Source: an uncultured virus (IMG/VR IMGVR_UViG_3300027126_000148)
Lineage: Duplodnaviria; Heunggongvirae; Uroviricota; Caudoviricetes
Length of the DNA stretch: 64,000 bases
Virus record (IMG/VR): IMGVR_UViG_3300027126_000148
Strand: one strand, 5' to 3'
The notes beneath the pieces are model-generated. The model worked only from the letters and a program-made list of their open reading frames with translations. It was not told the DNA's origin and searched no databases. Positions 46,101 through 55,391 of the stretch are shown here, piece after piece; position 1 is the first letter of the stretch; each line of letters starts with the position of its first letter. A program made the position numbers and the translations under genes.

Positions 46101-48710
46101 TGAATTATTTCTAGCCCTTCTAATTGGCGCAAAATTAGAATACTGATAAGGATTTTCTCTAACTACTCTAACCTCATCTATGTAACCGCTCCAATAGTTA
46201 GCAGGAGTATTTGCGTAATCTCTTCCTATATAAATATCAAAAGTTGGGCTAGTTAAACTCTTATCACTATTTAAACTGAAATCTAAATTAGAGGTTGCGA
46301 AATCTAAAGAATACTCGCTTCCACTTAAATTTATAGGCGAACCATTCAATAAAATCTTTCCACTGATTGTTCCTTGATTTATGTAACTCTTTGAAATAGA
46401 CAAGTGGTTCCAATCTGACGCATTTATTTGTCCAGAAAAATTAGGACTAAAGCCATTCCAATCTATTCCCGAGATTACTACCTTATTAGACGTTACGAAA
46501 ACGTTTAAACCGCTTTGGCTTCCTATTAAAAATTTTCTATCGGAGGCAGAGAAAGAAGTTAGTGGCTTAAAGTCTAGCTCAACTGTAAAGGTGTTTTCAT
46601 AACTTAATGGGACGTTTGGATACTCACCCGTTATAGAAAACTTTATATATGGACCGGGGCTTCCAGAGAACAAGAAACTCCTGTCATCAAATTTAGAAGT
46701 ATTATTGCTTATGGCTACAGAACTAGAAATCGTTAAATCTTTCTGAGGTCTAAATGTTGATTGATAAGAATAGCTATTTGCATTTTCAGTAGCTTCAACA
46801 ATTGAATTAGCATCACCAGTATCCTGAAACAGGAACTGAGATTCTGGGTAAATATTATGCCCAAGAACTTCAATAAATCCACCAATGTAATTTTCAAAAG
46901 TTGATACGTTTTTAATTACTGGAGAGCCTTTGATAATTTCAAAATTCTTAAATAAGAAATCTCTTCCGCCTGTGTTTCTTATTGTAATATCATAACACCC
47001 TGCATCTGCATTTGTACCAGTGAAAGTTAAACTAGTGTTGCTAGAATTTTTAACAAAAGCAGTTATTGGGAAAGTTTTATTATATAACCCATAATTATAA
47101 TCTTCTACATATCCAGAGATATCTCTTATTTTAGATATTTGAGTTCTGTCTGCTCTATAATCATAATCAGAATAGTTTCCTTGAAGGAATAGTTTGGTAT
47201 TTGGAACATCAAATAATCCAGAACCAGTAACTAATTGACCAATGCTGCTATACAAACCCGCATCTTTAATAATTCTAAAATCTTCTATATATCCAGAAAA
47301 TGGATTAACCCCATAAGCTCCATAAGAGCCTGTATTATTAGTCCCAATGAACAATCCACTACCTGCTGTTATTGTATATGGAGTACCTGCCGAGACTGTT
47401 GCAAATGTCTGCCTATTATTTCCGCTAATAGCGTAGAAAGTATCTCCGTTTGCAGACGTTCTAGAAATTATTACTTTTGTCCATTGATTTGCAGGTATTA
47501 AAGAAGTTGCTATATTAAATTTTGCAGCGTTGCTTGCGTAGAAAGTCCAATTTGTACTCGCAGCAGCTTTATAAAAATAGAAACCATTTCCATCCCAACC
47601 TATGTCTTGGAACATGTCAACCCTTTGAGCGGTTGTATATGGTAATGGATTAACTGAAAATTCAATTGTGAATGGTGCAGCACCAAAATTAAAATCTCCT
47701 CCAGAAGGAGATGGAACTTGTAAATAAGAATTTCCGCTAAATAATAAAGATCTACCAAACAAACCAACAGCAGAACTCCTTACTCCGCTATTTAATATAT
47801 TTTTTGGTTCTCTATAGTTTAATCCGCTAAGGATAATTCCTGTTGCATAATCGAAATTTTTGCCAATGGCAACATTTGATTGTCCAGAATTTAAATAAAA
47901 GTTTAAACCATTAAATACTTGAGGAGCTTTTAAAACAGTAATTTGACTTCTAGAAGTAAATGTTGTGTTATCTTTTGAGTTAATTGTCAAAAATCCTTGG
48001 TTTGCATTTTGAGGGACAATTCCAGAAATCATATCCCCAACACCAGTAAACCTTGCGGTAACAAAACCAGTAGCTTGGCTATCTACATAAGTAGTAAAAT
48101 TTACAGGGAAATATCCTTCGTTTACATAAGAGAGATTAAAATTCTTACCAGAAATTCTTAATAAGTCCCCTTCATAAGGAAGATTGTCGCTAAATCCACT
48201 TATAAAAATTCTACCATAAAAATTAAAATCACTAACCGCAGGTACAATTCCTGTATTATTGTATCCACTAACTCTAATTGGGCCAGTCGTATAACCGCTA
48301 GGAACCTTAACCAATAAGACACCACTGTCTGGTTGATAAGATATATTTGTTCCTGTTATGTTGTTAAATGATACATATTGAATACCGCTCAATGATTTAC
48401 CGCTGATTGAAACAAATTCTCCAACTTCTTGCGTTTGAGGAATTACTGCGTCTAATCTTGGGATTGGAAAAAATGGTACTCCACTGACATACATTGGAGA
48501 TGAAATTGTATCTCCTGTAATAAAATGAAATCTAGCCTCTCCAAAGACTATATTTTCTGGAACATTAAATTCTATGTATTCTGGATCAGCTTCATAGTAT
48601 GAGAAGTCTACGAATCCAGCACCGGGAAGTTGCAAGCCACTAACGGCATAAAGACCTGCGCCCGTGACGCGCATTCTTTGATTTATTGAACCTGTATTGT
48701 AACTTGGCAT
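43200..48710 (-). CDS. Giant virion protein with IPT/TIG-like repeats and two LamG/ConA-like domains
   Basis: Repeated P...G..V.I.G.NF units; FSGYIEDFRI and WSGYIDEVRV LamG motifs. Confidence 0.75.
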   Translation of the reverse strand: MPSYNTGSINQRMRVTGAGLYAVSGLQLPGAGFVDFSYYEADPEYIEFNVPENIVFGEARFHFITGDTISSPMYVSGVPFFPIPRLDAVIPQTQEVGEFVSISGKSLSGIQYVSFNNITGTNISYQPDSGVLLVKVPSGYTTGPIRVSGYNNTGIVPAVSDFNFYGRIFISGFSDNLPYEGDLLRISGKNFNLSYVNEGYFPVNFTTYVDSQATGFVTARFTGVGDMISGIVPQNANQGFLTINSKDNTTFTSRSQITVLKAPQVFNGLNFYLNSGQSNVAIGKNFDYATGIILSGLNYREPKNILNSGVRSSAVGLFGRSLLFSGNSYLQVPSPSGGDFNFGAAPFTIEFSVNPLPYTTAQRVDMFQDIGWDGNGFYFYKAAASTNWTFYASNAAKFNIATSLIPANQWTKVIISRTSANGDTFYAISGNNRQTFATVSAGTPYTITAGSGLFIGTNNTGSYGAYGVNPFSGYIEDFRIIKDAGLYSSIGQLVTGSGLFDVPNTKLFLQGNYSDYDYRADRTQISKIRDISGYVEDYNYGLYNKTFPITAFVKNSSNTSLTFTGTNADAGCYDITIRNTGGRDFLFKNFEIIKGSPVIKNVSTFENYIGGFIEVLGHNIYPESQFLFQDTGDANSIVEATENANSYSYQSTFRPQKDLTISSSVAISNNTSKFDDRSFLFSGSPGPYIKFSITGEYPNVPLSYENTFTVELDFKPLTSFSASDRKFLIGSQSGLNVFVTSNKVVISGIDWNGFSPNFSGQINASDWNHLSISKSYINQGTISGKILLNGSPINLSGSEYSLDFATSNLDFSLNSDKSLTSPTFDIYIGRDYANTPANYWSGYIDEVRVVRENPYQYSNFAPIRRARNNSTTEVLVHANAGLIDDNIRSFGYLSLNTPNLTSLRKSNLVLDNSNSRITGGFDKIFTFLKTPTITGIYPSLLEQGQPATGYGSDIYYVGSINVGGYNVSNYTISQNGSEFDQKLVFTVPDFAESGNSLTINSNYYTYTYPSGLPIKSGTLVIDGFSPLTGVANTLITLSGKFLNTVTSIELGRQDGAYKVITAFRRQSISGLSFFIPQVYDISDGPMVVNGSSRVTTTDSLTFVNPIISKITPNSAYFGDSISLSGSNLNALDFYGVGFNNEIIKYPHVIAPTSTGALVTVPRDVKKGAFRFFNSGTTVEIKGFSPSFNPSTTVSGSNADTYRTRDGIVITGINAHRFQTRDLYISGFNLLTNKTGQYLISQAMQVIDISTLSGLAQPYTGYSILSGNLNIASDVSSQIPDLDLLISGADIIGIGTTVSSNSYITLDGYIGSGQIFFQRNSFDADRMYKTITVKPPSISISTLNILTGTYRSLITLTGENLNYVTGIRFEGVGTLARGASGVIAASFPYLSGNYKSGISVVTDARDINSSVTYKDYGVLKFYPPSMAGRNLHGKDVEDIRPVSGMFYLQTYLGEEYPVTGNFNYIPFISINDAYLNNSLTYRLDGTTQVSGWDGSVVSFNGEGVRFLTGVDFFSQVDGIIVENYPTVFQSNKKQAKINFYNQPGANITGYSIISGGAGYTFTPVNLSLQDGGNGVPTIYGLVSFMPPYVGQITGVNIVVNPIGYYQDFWQGSNAIVPNPSSGFILRNPPANLQFSGDNFAAQSGDGSKYYAYYTASTTFPLDNGFVVGEKLDMKLYNVGAIYQTSEQPFLTIQNPNNFAKIADIVLTGNSYVGENSFTIRYDQIYSNDDADFNDMDLQFKTSVLYPTGYNGKRFMLTTTKPSKNGRNLRIDFSTKVPETGDYVNPNDPIDSKYLKLRIESVNSAASLFKGLGTTSSVNKVFVGSVGAGSSSPGIGTS

Positions 48711-48711
48711 A

Positions 48712-49791
48712 TTATAGTCCTTCGAAATTTATAGATAGTCTTATGTCGTTTTTATTTACGCTTGTTTTAAAATTAAATATTGAAGAAGAGCTAGTTTCTT
48801 CTGTTTCAATATATATAGGAGCAGCACCTTTTAATTGAGCAGGAGCAACAGCGGTTAGAGAAGAAGTAGAAGCAACGCTAAAAGAAGAAGCTTCTGTATT
48901 ACCAAAAAGAATCTTTTTAACATTTATAAAGTTGCTTCCATTTATTGTAACAGTTCCTCCCGGTAAAATTACTCTTGGAGTGAAGTCTGAAATAAGTGGT
49001 TTAAAATGAGAGAAATCTTGTCTTAAAGAAAATTCAGATCTGATGTATCCTTGAGCCTCAACCGAAGATCTTTTTGAAGATACTATTCCTGCAAAAGATA
49101 ACGTGTCTAAAGGTTGAGATCCAGTTTGTAAAGATACATAAAAAGAGCAAGGAACGCCTGAATAAGGCAAAGAATAATTAAAATTATCAATTTCAAAACT
49201 AAGGCTCTGAGATCTTTTTCCTAAATAAGCTCTTCCACTTTGATCAAAAACCGAAGATCCTTCTTTGTTATATTTTTCGACCTCTCTTTGGTATTGGTAA
49301 CTAAAGCTGGTAAAATTATAACCATTTGAGTCAAAGGCAGTACCATCTAAATTACCAGAGAGATAAAAGTTTGAGAAATTTAAAGGAGCAATCTCTGGTT
49401 GATTAGTTGGAGTGACCGCCGAAAAAGAACCCTTTAGAGTTTCAAAAACTTTAATCTCCAGATCAACTTTTGCTAATGAATCTGGAGAACCTTTTATTGA
49501 ATAATTTGTTATATATCCATTTTCAAAATAAAGACCACAAAAATTACCAGAAATACCTTGCTCAGAATTTCCTCCTAGCAAATACTCTTTTACAAAGTCT
49601 TTTCCAGTTAAATAGTAAGATATTGAAAAATTAGTGTCTACAGTATCTTCTGGAGCATATGTATAAGAATTTTTCTTGAACTCTTCATTATAAACAGGAG
49701 AGTTTGTCGAATCAAGAGACATGTTTACATTAGTGGCGAGGATATCAATACCACTTAATTTAAACGGGCAATTTTTATAATTAAAATACAT
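48712..49791 (-). CDS. Tail tube-like protein with C-terminal IPT/TIG domain
   Basis: Similar pattern to the two neighbours; C-terminal FTP...PGGTVTINGSNF...VAP. Confidence 0.55.
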   Translation of the reverse strand: MYFNYKNCPFKLSGIDILATNVNMSLDSTNSPVYNEEFKKNSYTYAPEDTVDTNFSISYYLTGKDFVKEYLLGGNSEQGISGNFCGLYFENGYITNYSIKGSPDSLAKVDLEIKVFETLKGSFSAVTPTNQPEIAPLNFSNFYLSGNLDGTAFDSNGYNFTSFSYQYQREVEKYNKEGSSVFDQSGRAYLGKRSQSLSFEIDNFNYSLPYSGVPCSFYVSLQTGSQPLDTLSFAGIVSSKRSSVEAQGYIRSEFSLRQDFSHFKPLISDFTPRVILPGGTVTINGSNFINVKKILFGNTEASSFSVASTSSLTAVAPAQLKGAAPIYIETEETSSSSIFNFKTSVNKNDIRLSINFEGL

Positions 49792-50595
49792 TTAGAAACT
49801 CCTTTTTAATGATATTTTATTTTTGGCAAAATCATCAAGATTAATTGACATATTGGAAGAGTCTATTTTACTTCCTGATGTATTTAAAAGTATTATTGAT
49901 TGGTCGCCAAAAGTCGTGATGTTTATTTTAGCATTCTCTGCTGTTGATAAATCTGTATTTGAAAAATTAGAATTAAAATTCTCTATCGTAAAGTCGAAGG
50001 ATTCTTGACCCGCAGATAAATCAACTTGCCTTGGTCTTTGTTGCCCAATGGAATAAATGGGATTCCAGCTAATAGAAAGATCGTAACTAAAGTCTAAAAC
50101 ATTATATACTGCGGCTGTTCCTGAAACTTTAGCGTTCCAAGAATGGGCAATTCCAGATCCGCTATTTAGATTATTATTTGCGACTTTATCATTTAAACTT
50201 CCTGATAAGTTAGAAAAACTAGAAAACGAAACAGATGCTTGAACTTTGGAGTTTGGATTTACCCCTAATGCAAATCTAGAAGGATAAAAAGAACCACTTG
50301 CGCCAGCCACAACAACTTGAACAGGAACAAAAGACTCTGGGAAACTATTGGTAAATACTCCTGTCTTTACATATTCAAAACATTTGTAAATAGGGTCAGA
50401 AATATTTGGAAAATAAGTAAAGTCTATATTGGTCTCGTCTGCTTTGGTCTTAACCATTTGAGAAGAGTTTTGTCTTCCAATGGTGTAAGTAGAATTCATA
50501 CTTCGATTTACAGCAATAGAAGTATTCTGAGCCAGAATTACTCCTGACCCAAAACGTGAATTAAACACGACCTCGCATTCATTAAAATATTTCAT
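49792..50595 (-). CDS. Tail tube-like protein
   Basis: Two internal units (YTIGRQ / YSIGQQRP). Confidence 0.5.
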   Translation of the reverse strand: MKYFNECEVVFNSRFGSGVILAQNTSIAVNRSMNSTYTIGRQNSSQMVKTKADETNIDFTYFPNISDPIYKCFEYVKTGVFTNSFPESFVPVQVVVAGASGSFYPSRFALGVNPNSKVQASVSFSSFSNLSGSLNDKVANNNLNSGSGIAHSWNAKVSGTAAVYNVLDFSYDLSISWNPIYSIGQQRPRQVDLSAGQESFDFTIENFNSNFSNTDLSTAENAKINITTFGDQSIILLNTSGSKIDSSNMSINLDDFAKNKISLKRSF

Positions 50596-50604
50596 CCTTT
50601 TGCC

Positions 50605-51423
50605 TTATTTCAGATAACCCCTATACCTTACCGTTATTCCTACAGGAGAATTTACACTAGCAGAGAAGTCTTCGGAAACATCAATAAAATAACATAACGA
50701 ACTTCCGAAATCAAAATTTACCGAATTCCCATTAAAGTCTTTAGTTTTAATGTAAAAATTACTGATATTTTTTATGTTGTATGATAAGTCTGATAGTTTT
50801 TGTAAAGAGTAACTGTCTTGAGCGATGTTAAATTCACAACTTACTTCAAGAGGATAAACTGTTCTTACAGAAAACGGGGTTGAAGAACCTAGGTAATAAG
50901 CGGCGTTTCTATTAGCGTTTATATTAAGGTTGAAAGAATTAACTCTATTTGTTACAAAGTCATTGATTCCTATGTCTATTGAATTTGAATTTACTAAAGA
51001 TACGGCACTTGATTGATTGAAGCTTCCTTGAGAAGCTATAGACCCAGCATCATTATATATTTCAAAATTTGCTCTGACAGTTGGGACTTCTCCAATTTGA
51101 GCCCCACAAGTATAAGAACTTAAATAACCGCTTTGAAATCCAAATAGTATATTAGAACTTGGATTACTCTTCTTGGTAATAAAGCCATAGTTACCCGCCT
51201 CACCTGTGCAAGCGAGAAAATCATTAGAAGTAGTTAATAGACTAGTTACAGACAAAGAGGCAGTCTTTGCTCCTTCTGGAGTGTAAAAGCTGCTATTCAT
51301 ACCAAGATATTTGGTATGTTGAACTGACATTTGATAGGAAGCCTGAATATCCTGAACGCCATGAACTTGGCTTTGATTCAAGTAAAAATCCAAGTTCTGT
51401 TTATTTAGTCGAGATAATGCCAT
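50605..51423 (-). CDS. Tail tube-like protein
   Basis: GVQ...YLG and RVNSF...YYLGSSTP...YPLEVSCEF. Confidence 0.5.
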   Translation of the reverse strand: MALSRLNKQNLDFYLNQSQVHGVQDIQASYQMSVQHTKYLGMNSSFYTPEGAKTASLSVTSLLTTSNDFLACTGEAGNYGFITKKSNPSSNILFGFQSGYLSSYTCGAQIGEVPTVRANFEIYNDAGSIASQGSFNQSSAVSLVNSNSIDIGINDFVTNRVNSFNLNINANRNAAYYLGSSTPFSVRTVYPLEVSCEFNIAQDSYSLQKLSDLSYNIKNISNFYIKTKDFNGNSVNFDFGSSLCYFIDVSEDFSASVNSPVGITVRYRGYLK

Positions 51424-51435
51424 CTTATTTTATTA

Positions 51436-51455
51436 TTTACACAAAAAAGTGTAAT
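51436..51455. promoter_or_regulatory. Back-to-back GTGTAA motifs (bidirectional phage promoter candidate)
   Basis: TTTACAC-AAAAAA-GTGTAAT between divergent structural operons. Confidence 0.65.
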
Positions 51456-51480
51456 AATAAGTTGGTAAAAGGTAAAAGGT

Positions 51481-52035
51481 ATGTCTAGCTCCATTTTTAA
51501 CATTAGTACATGGAATAATTCCAGCGTATACAATAAACACGATATTATCGTATATACGGATAATCGGTATTATTACGCTAAAGCTGCTGTACCTGCTAAT
51601 AATCCACCAGTTTATTCTAGCGTGATATCTAATTCAGACGCTTACTGGGGAGGATTCTTTCAACATCCAGTAGTGAAAAAAGACTACCCTTTTTTTATCT
51701 GGAAGCCTTCTTATCAAACTCAAGCTAACTTTGAACCAAAAGTAAGCGTAGTTAAATATGGAGATGGCTATGAAAAGAGAGTAAGTGATCAAATTAACTT
51801 CAATCTCCTTAATTTTGATTTAAACTTTGATGGTTTAACTCTGGATGAATGCACAGCTATTCTGCATTTTTTAAGCGCAAGAGCAGCGAAACATGCGTTT
51901 ATCTATTACCCATCCGCCCCTTATTCTGTAGCTTCTACAGATGCTAAACTATTCGTTTGCAGAAGATGGGGCTCCTCTAATCCATTCTTCAATAACTTTT
52001 CTATAAAAGCTACGTTCGAAGAAGTACCAGCATAA
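51481..52035 (+). CDS. Minor tail protein, lambda gpM-like, with N-terminal CBM-like extension
   Basis: WKPS...VVKYGDGYEKR...IN...FL...F...ATFEEV. Confidence 0.8.
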   Translation: MSSSIFNISTWNNSSVYNKHDIIVYTDNRYYYAKAAVPANNPPVYSSVISNSDAYWGGFFQHPVVKKDYPFFIWKPSYQTQANFEPKVSVVKYGDGYEKRVSDQINFNLLNFDLNFDGLTLDECTAILHFLSARAAKHAFIYYPSAPYSVASTDAKLFVCRRWGSSNPFFNNFSIKATFEEVPA

Positions 52036-52039
52036 TACT

Positions 52040-53161
52040 ATGGCTACTCAACAACAAAAAGATGCAGCTTTAAAAGTAAATAAAGAGTTCTTTTCGCTTG
52101 AACCTTCTTCTATTATTTCTTTATTTGAAGTTGATTTAACTGAAATTGGCTTTGACACAGACCCCCAATTCGTCGTTAATCTTAAGAATTTTCAAATAAT
52201 ATTACCGGGAGGAGATGATGGAGTTTTTAATTATAAAATAATACGTCTCCATAACAATCTAAAACTTGGAAGAAACATTATTTATTGGAAAGGAAATGCT
52301 TATCTACCTGCCCCGCTTGCTACAGAAGGATTTGAATTAGCTTCAAGAGGCGTATTTCCAAAACCCAAAGTTCAAATAAGCTTTTCTGATGACATGCTTG
52401 ATGTGTTTAGCCTCTTTAGAGGAACGGTTAATTTTGGAGACTTGATTGGCGCTAAGTTCACTAGAATTAGGACTTTTGCCAAATTCCTTGATAGGAATAA
52501 TTTTTATCAAGCTGATGGAGTGTCTGCTCTATCTCCTGATAAATTGGTTATACCAGAAGGGTTTGATCCTGATCCTAACTGCGAATTTCCCAGAGATATT
52601 TATTATTTTGATAGAAAATCTTCTGAAAACAAGAATAGTATTCAGTTTGAATTATCAAGCGCAATAGATCTAGACAGAGCTAAACTTCCCAAGAGAAGAG
52701 TCCTAAGTTATATTTGCCCTTGGCAGTATAGAGGAGAAGGATGCCTTTATGAATATCAAGAAAAATTAAACGAAGACATTCATGGCACTATAACTCCAAT
52801 ACCAAATAAAAGCGATTCTAGCGGAGCAAAAGCTCCTGTTTGCGCTACAGAAGATGATCAAATAATTTCAAAAATGCCAATCTTTTCTGGCACGACCGTA
52901 GGAACCAACAAGATAGAATCTTGGAAACTATCAACGCCTTATAACAAAGGAGATGTGGTTTTCATTAATAAGAAAAATATTAATTTTTACTTTGTAGCCA
53001 AAACAAACGTTCCTATGGATATGCCTCCTCCAAATGGACAGTATTGGATAGCCGACCAATGTTCTAAAAGCGTAAAAGGCTGTAAAACAAGATTTGGAGA
53101 AAACGCTTTACCTTTCGGCGGCTTCTATGGAGTATCTAATTATAATAGAGGAGCATTGTAA
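52040..53161 (+). CDS. Minor tail protein, lambda gpL-like
   Basis: GAKFTRIRTFAKFLD..NF, PDP, CPWQYRGEGC, CSKSVKGCK.RF, LPFGGF. Confidence 0.9.
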   Translation: MATQQQKDAALKVNKEFFSLEPSSIISLFEVDLTEIGFDTDPQFVVNLKNFQIILPGGDDGVFNYKIIRLHNNLKLGRNIIYWKGNAYLPAPLATEGFELASRGVFPKPKVQISFSDDMLDVFSLFRGTVNFGDLIGAKFTRIRTFAKFLDRNNFYQADGVSALSPDKLVIPEGFDPDPNCEFPRDIYYFDRKSSENKNSIQFELSSAIDLDRAKLPKRRVLSYICPWQYRGEGCLYEYQEKLNEDIHGTITPIPNKSDSSGAKAPVCATEDDQIISKMPIFSGTTVGTNKIESWKLSTPYNKGDVVFINKKNINFYFVAKTNVPMDMPPPNGQYWIADQCSKSVKGCKTRFGENALPFGGFYGVSNYNRGAL

Positions 53162-53919
53162 TGGTTTCGGACGAAATAAAAGCAAAAATAAAAAAACACG
53201 CATTAAAGGAAAACCCTGAAGAATGCTGTGGTCTTTTACTTTTAAATAGGGAAAACGAATTAGAAGCTTTCTCATGTAGAAACGCTGCTCAAGACAAAGA
53301 AAACGAATTTGTCGTCTGTCAAATGGATTATCTAAAAGCGACAATGCATGGCAAAATAATTGGCATTTATCATTCGCACTGTATACAAGACAATTCTTTT
53401 TCGGAGCTAGACAAGCAGATAAGTCACAAGCTTAACCTAAAAAATATAGTTTACATACTTAAAAAAGACTCTTTCGAAGAGTACTCTCCAGAAAATTACT
53501 ATAATAAATACATTGATAAAGATTTTGTAATTGGTGAATCTGATTGTTTATCAATAGTGGAGAATTACTATAATCAAGAATTTGGCATTAAAATTTTTCA
53601 CTACGAAAGAGGAGCAGATTGGGACAAGAACTACGAAGACTTCGTAAAGCACAAACTTGCAGAGTTTTGCGACTCACAAAATTTCGACAAGTTCTTCGAA
53701 AAAGAAAACTTTATTAAAATTGAAGACATAGAAAATGCTAAGAAGCACGATATAATAGTATTTAAATACTTCGACAATTACCCCTCTCACTTCGGAATCT
53801 ATCTTGGACAAAACTACATTTTGCACCAACCAAGAAATAAAAAATCAGTAATTGAAAAACTAACAGACGCAGAAAAAAGAAGAATATACTGCTTTGCAAG
53901 AAATAAAGAGCTATGCTAA
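53161..53919 (+). CDS. Tail tip protein, lambda gpK-like (JAB/MPN + NlpC/P60), copy 1
   Basis: EECCG, HSH...S.LD; DCLS, HFGIYLG, ILH. Confidence 0.85.
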   Translation: MVSDEIKAKIKKHALKENPEECCGLLLLNRENELEAFSCRNAAQDKENEFVVCQMDYLKATMHGKIIGIYHSHCIQDNSFSELDKQISHKLNLKNIVYILKKDSFEEYSPENYYNKYIDKDFVIGESDCLSIVENYYNQEFGIKIFHYERGADWDKNYEDFVKHKLAEFCDSQNFDKFFEKENFIKIEDIENAKKHDIIVFKYFDNYPSHFGIYLGQNYILHQPRNKKSVIEKLTDAEKRRIYCFARNKELC

Positions 53920-54659
53920 CAGAGGAACTTAAAAATCAGATTATAGAACATGCTAATACTTCTAATAACGAAGTATGCGGTTTTCTATTATATACAGACA
54001 ACGGAATAGAGATTCAAAAGAAAGAAAATCTAATCAACTCTGCTACTGAGTTTATGATGGATGTTAACGGGCAATCTAATGTTGCTGGCTACTATCATTC
54101 TCATATCGATTTCGATAATATTTCAGATGCAGATATAATTGTGTCTGAAAGACTAGGATTACCATGTGTTGTTTACAATAAGCAAAGCGGATCTTTTCAT
54201 GTCTATTCCCCTAATAGTTACAAGATTCAATACGAAGGAAGACCTTTTCTTTTAGGTTTTGCAGACTGTTTATGGCTAGTAAAAGACTACTATGCACACG
54301 ATTTAAATCTTCATCTCTGTCCAGAATTAGAAGTTCTTAAAAATAATGTTTCCGAAGAAGACTACAACGAGACGGCAAGTAAAAGACTTCTAGACGAAGA
54401 AGGAGCTTTAAAAGGAAAAGATGACTATTTAAAGAGGTACTTTGAACATAATGGATTTAGACAAGTTTCTAATTTTAAAAAGAATGATGTCTTGATAATG
54501 AGGACAAAAAGGTTCGATTTCCCAATTCATTGCGCTATTTATCTTGGAGGAGATATGATTTTGCATCACCCCGGAAATAAGACCTCTCTTATCGAAAAGC
54601 TTTCTAACCAACACAAAAAATGGGTAATTTATATAATGAGACACAACCTTTATGACTAA
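53913..54659 (+). CDS. Tail tip protein, lambda gpK-like (JAB/MPN + NlpC/P60), copy 2
   Basis: EVCG, HSH...SDAD; DCLWL, HCAIYLG, ILHH. Confidence 0.85.
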   Translation: MLTEELKNQIIEHANTSNNEVCGFLLYTDNGIEIQKKENLINSATEFMMDVNGQSNVAGYYHSHIDFDNISDADIIVSERLGLPCVVYNKQSGSFHVYSPNSYKIQYEGRPFLLGFADCLWLVKDYYAHDLNLHLCPELEVLKNNVSEEDYNETASKRLLDEEGALKGKDDYLKRYFEHNGFRQVSNFKKNDVLIMRTKRFDFPIHCAIYLGGDMILHHPGNKTSLIEKLSNQHKKWVIYIMRHNLYD

Positions 54660-55389
54660 TATTACCTTACACGGAGAAATAGCGGAGCAAGTAGGAAGAG
54701 AGAACTGGAAAATAAAAGTAAATTCCATAAAGGAAGCATTGCGAGCTATTCAGGTTTTGTCCAAGGGTAAGTTATTGAAATATCTAATTGGGGCAGCAGA
54801 AAAAAGCGTAGAGTATAAGGTGATCGTTAATAAAAGAGAAATAATGAATCCAGAAAATATTTCTCTAGAAAAACCAGAGTCTATTCTTAATTCTGAATTA
54901 GTAATGATAAACGAGAAGTTGGAAACTCTAGACATAGTTCCAATCATTAGAGGCGCTGGAGGCGGCGGCAATAGCACAACAAAAGGAGTATTAGCTTTAG
55001 TTCTTGGGGTTATATTAATTGCTACAGGCATAGGAGCGGCAGGAGGAGTTACATTCCTTGGCATGGCAGGAGTTAAAGGAGGCTTGGGTGCAACCATGTT
55101 ATCTAGCGCACTAATTGGCGCAGGTGTTGGGCTGGCCGTAACAGGAATCACGCTGTTAATGATGTCTCCTCCAAAATTTGATGATTTTAGAAAGATTCAA
55201 GAAGATGGCAGTAAACCAAACTACTTATTTGACGGACCTTCTAACATTCTTGGAGAAGGTGGCCCTGTACCAATTGGTTATGGCAAGATGAAAATAGGAT
55301 CTCAAACAGTTGAAGTATCTGTTAATAATGTTGAACTTGGTACTAAATCAACAGCAACAGACGTAAAAGACTCAATTAATTACATATAA
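54652..55389 (+). CDS. Tail assembly protein, lambda gpI-like
   Basis: I.LHG.IA, IVPIIRGAG, TM region, YLFDGPSN...GGPVPIGYG..KIGS. Confidence 0.88.
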   Translation: MTNITLHGEIAEQVGRENWKIKVNSIKEALRAIQVLSKGKLLKYLIGAAEKSVEYKVIVNKREIMNPENISLEKPESILNSELVMINEKLETLDIVPIIRGAGGGGNSTTKGVLALVLGVILIATGIGAAGGVTFLGMAGVKGGLGATMLSSALIGAGVGLAVTGITLLMMSPPKFDDFRKIQEDGSKPNYLFDGPSNILGEGGPVPIGYGKMKIGSQTVEVSVNNVELGTKSTATDVKDSINYI

Positions 55390-55391
55390 AA

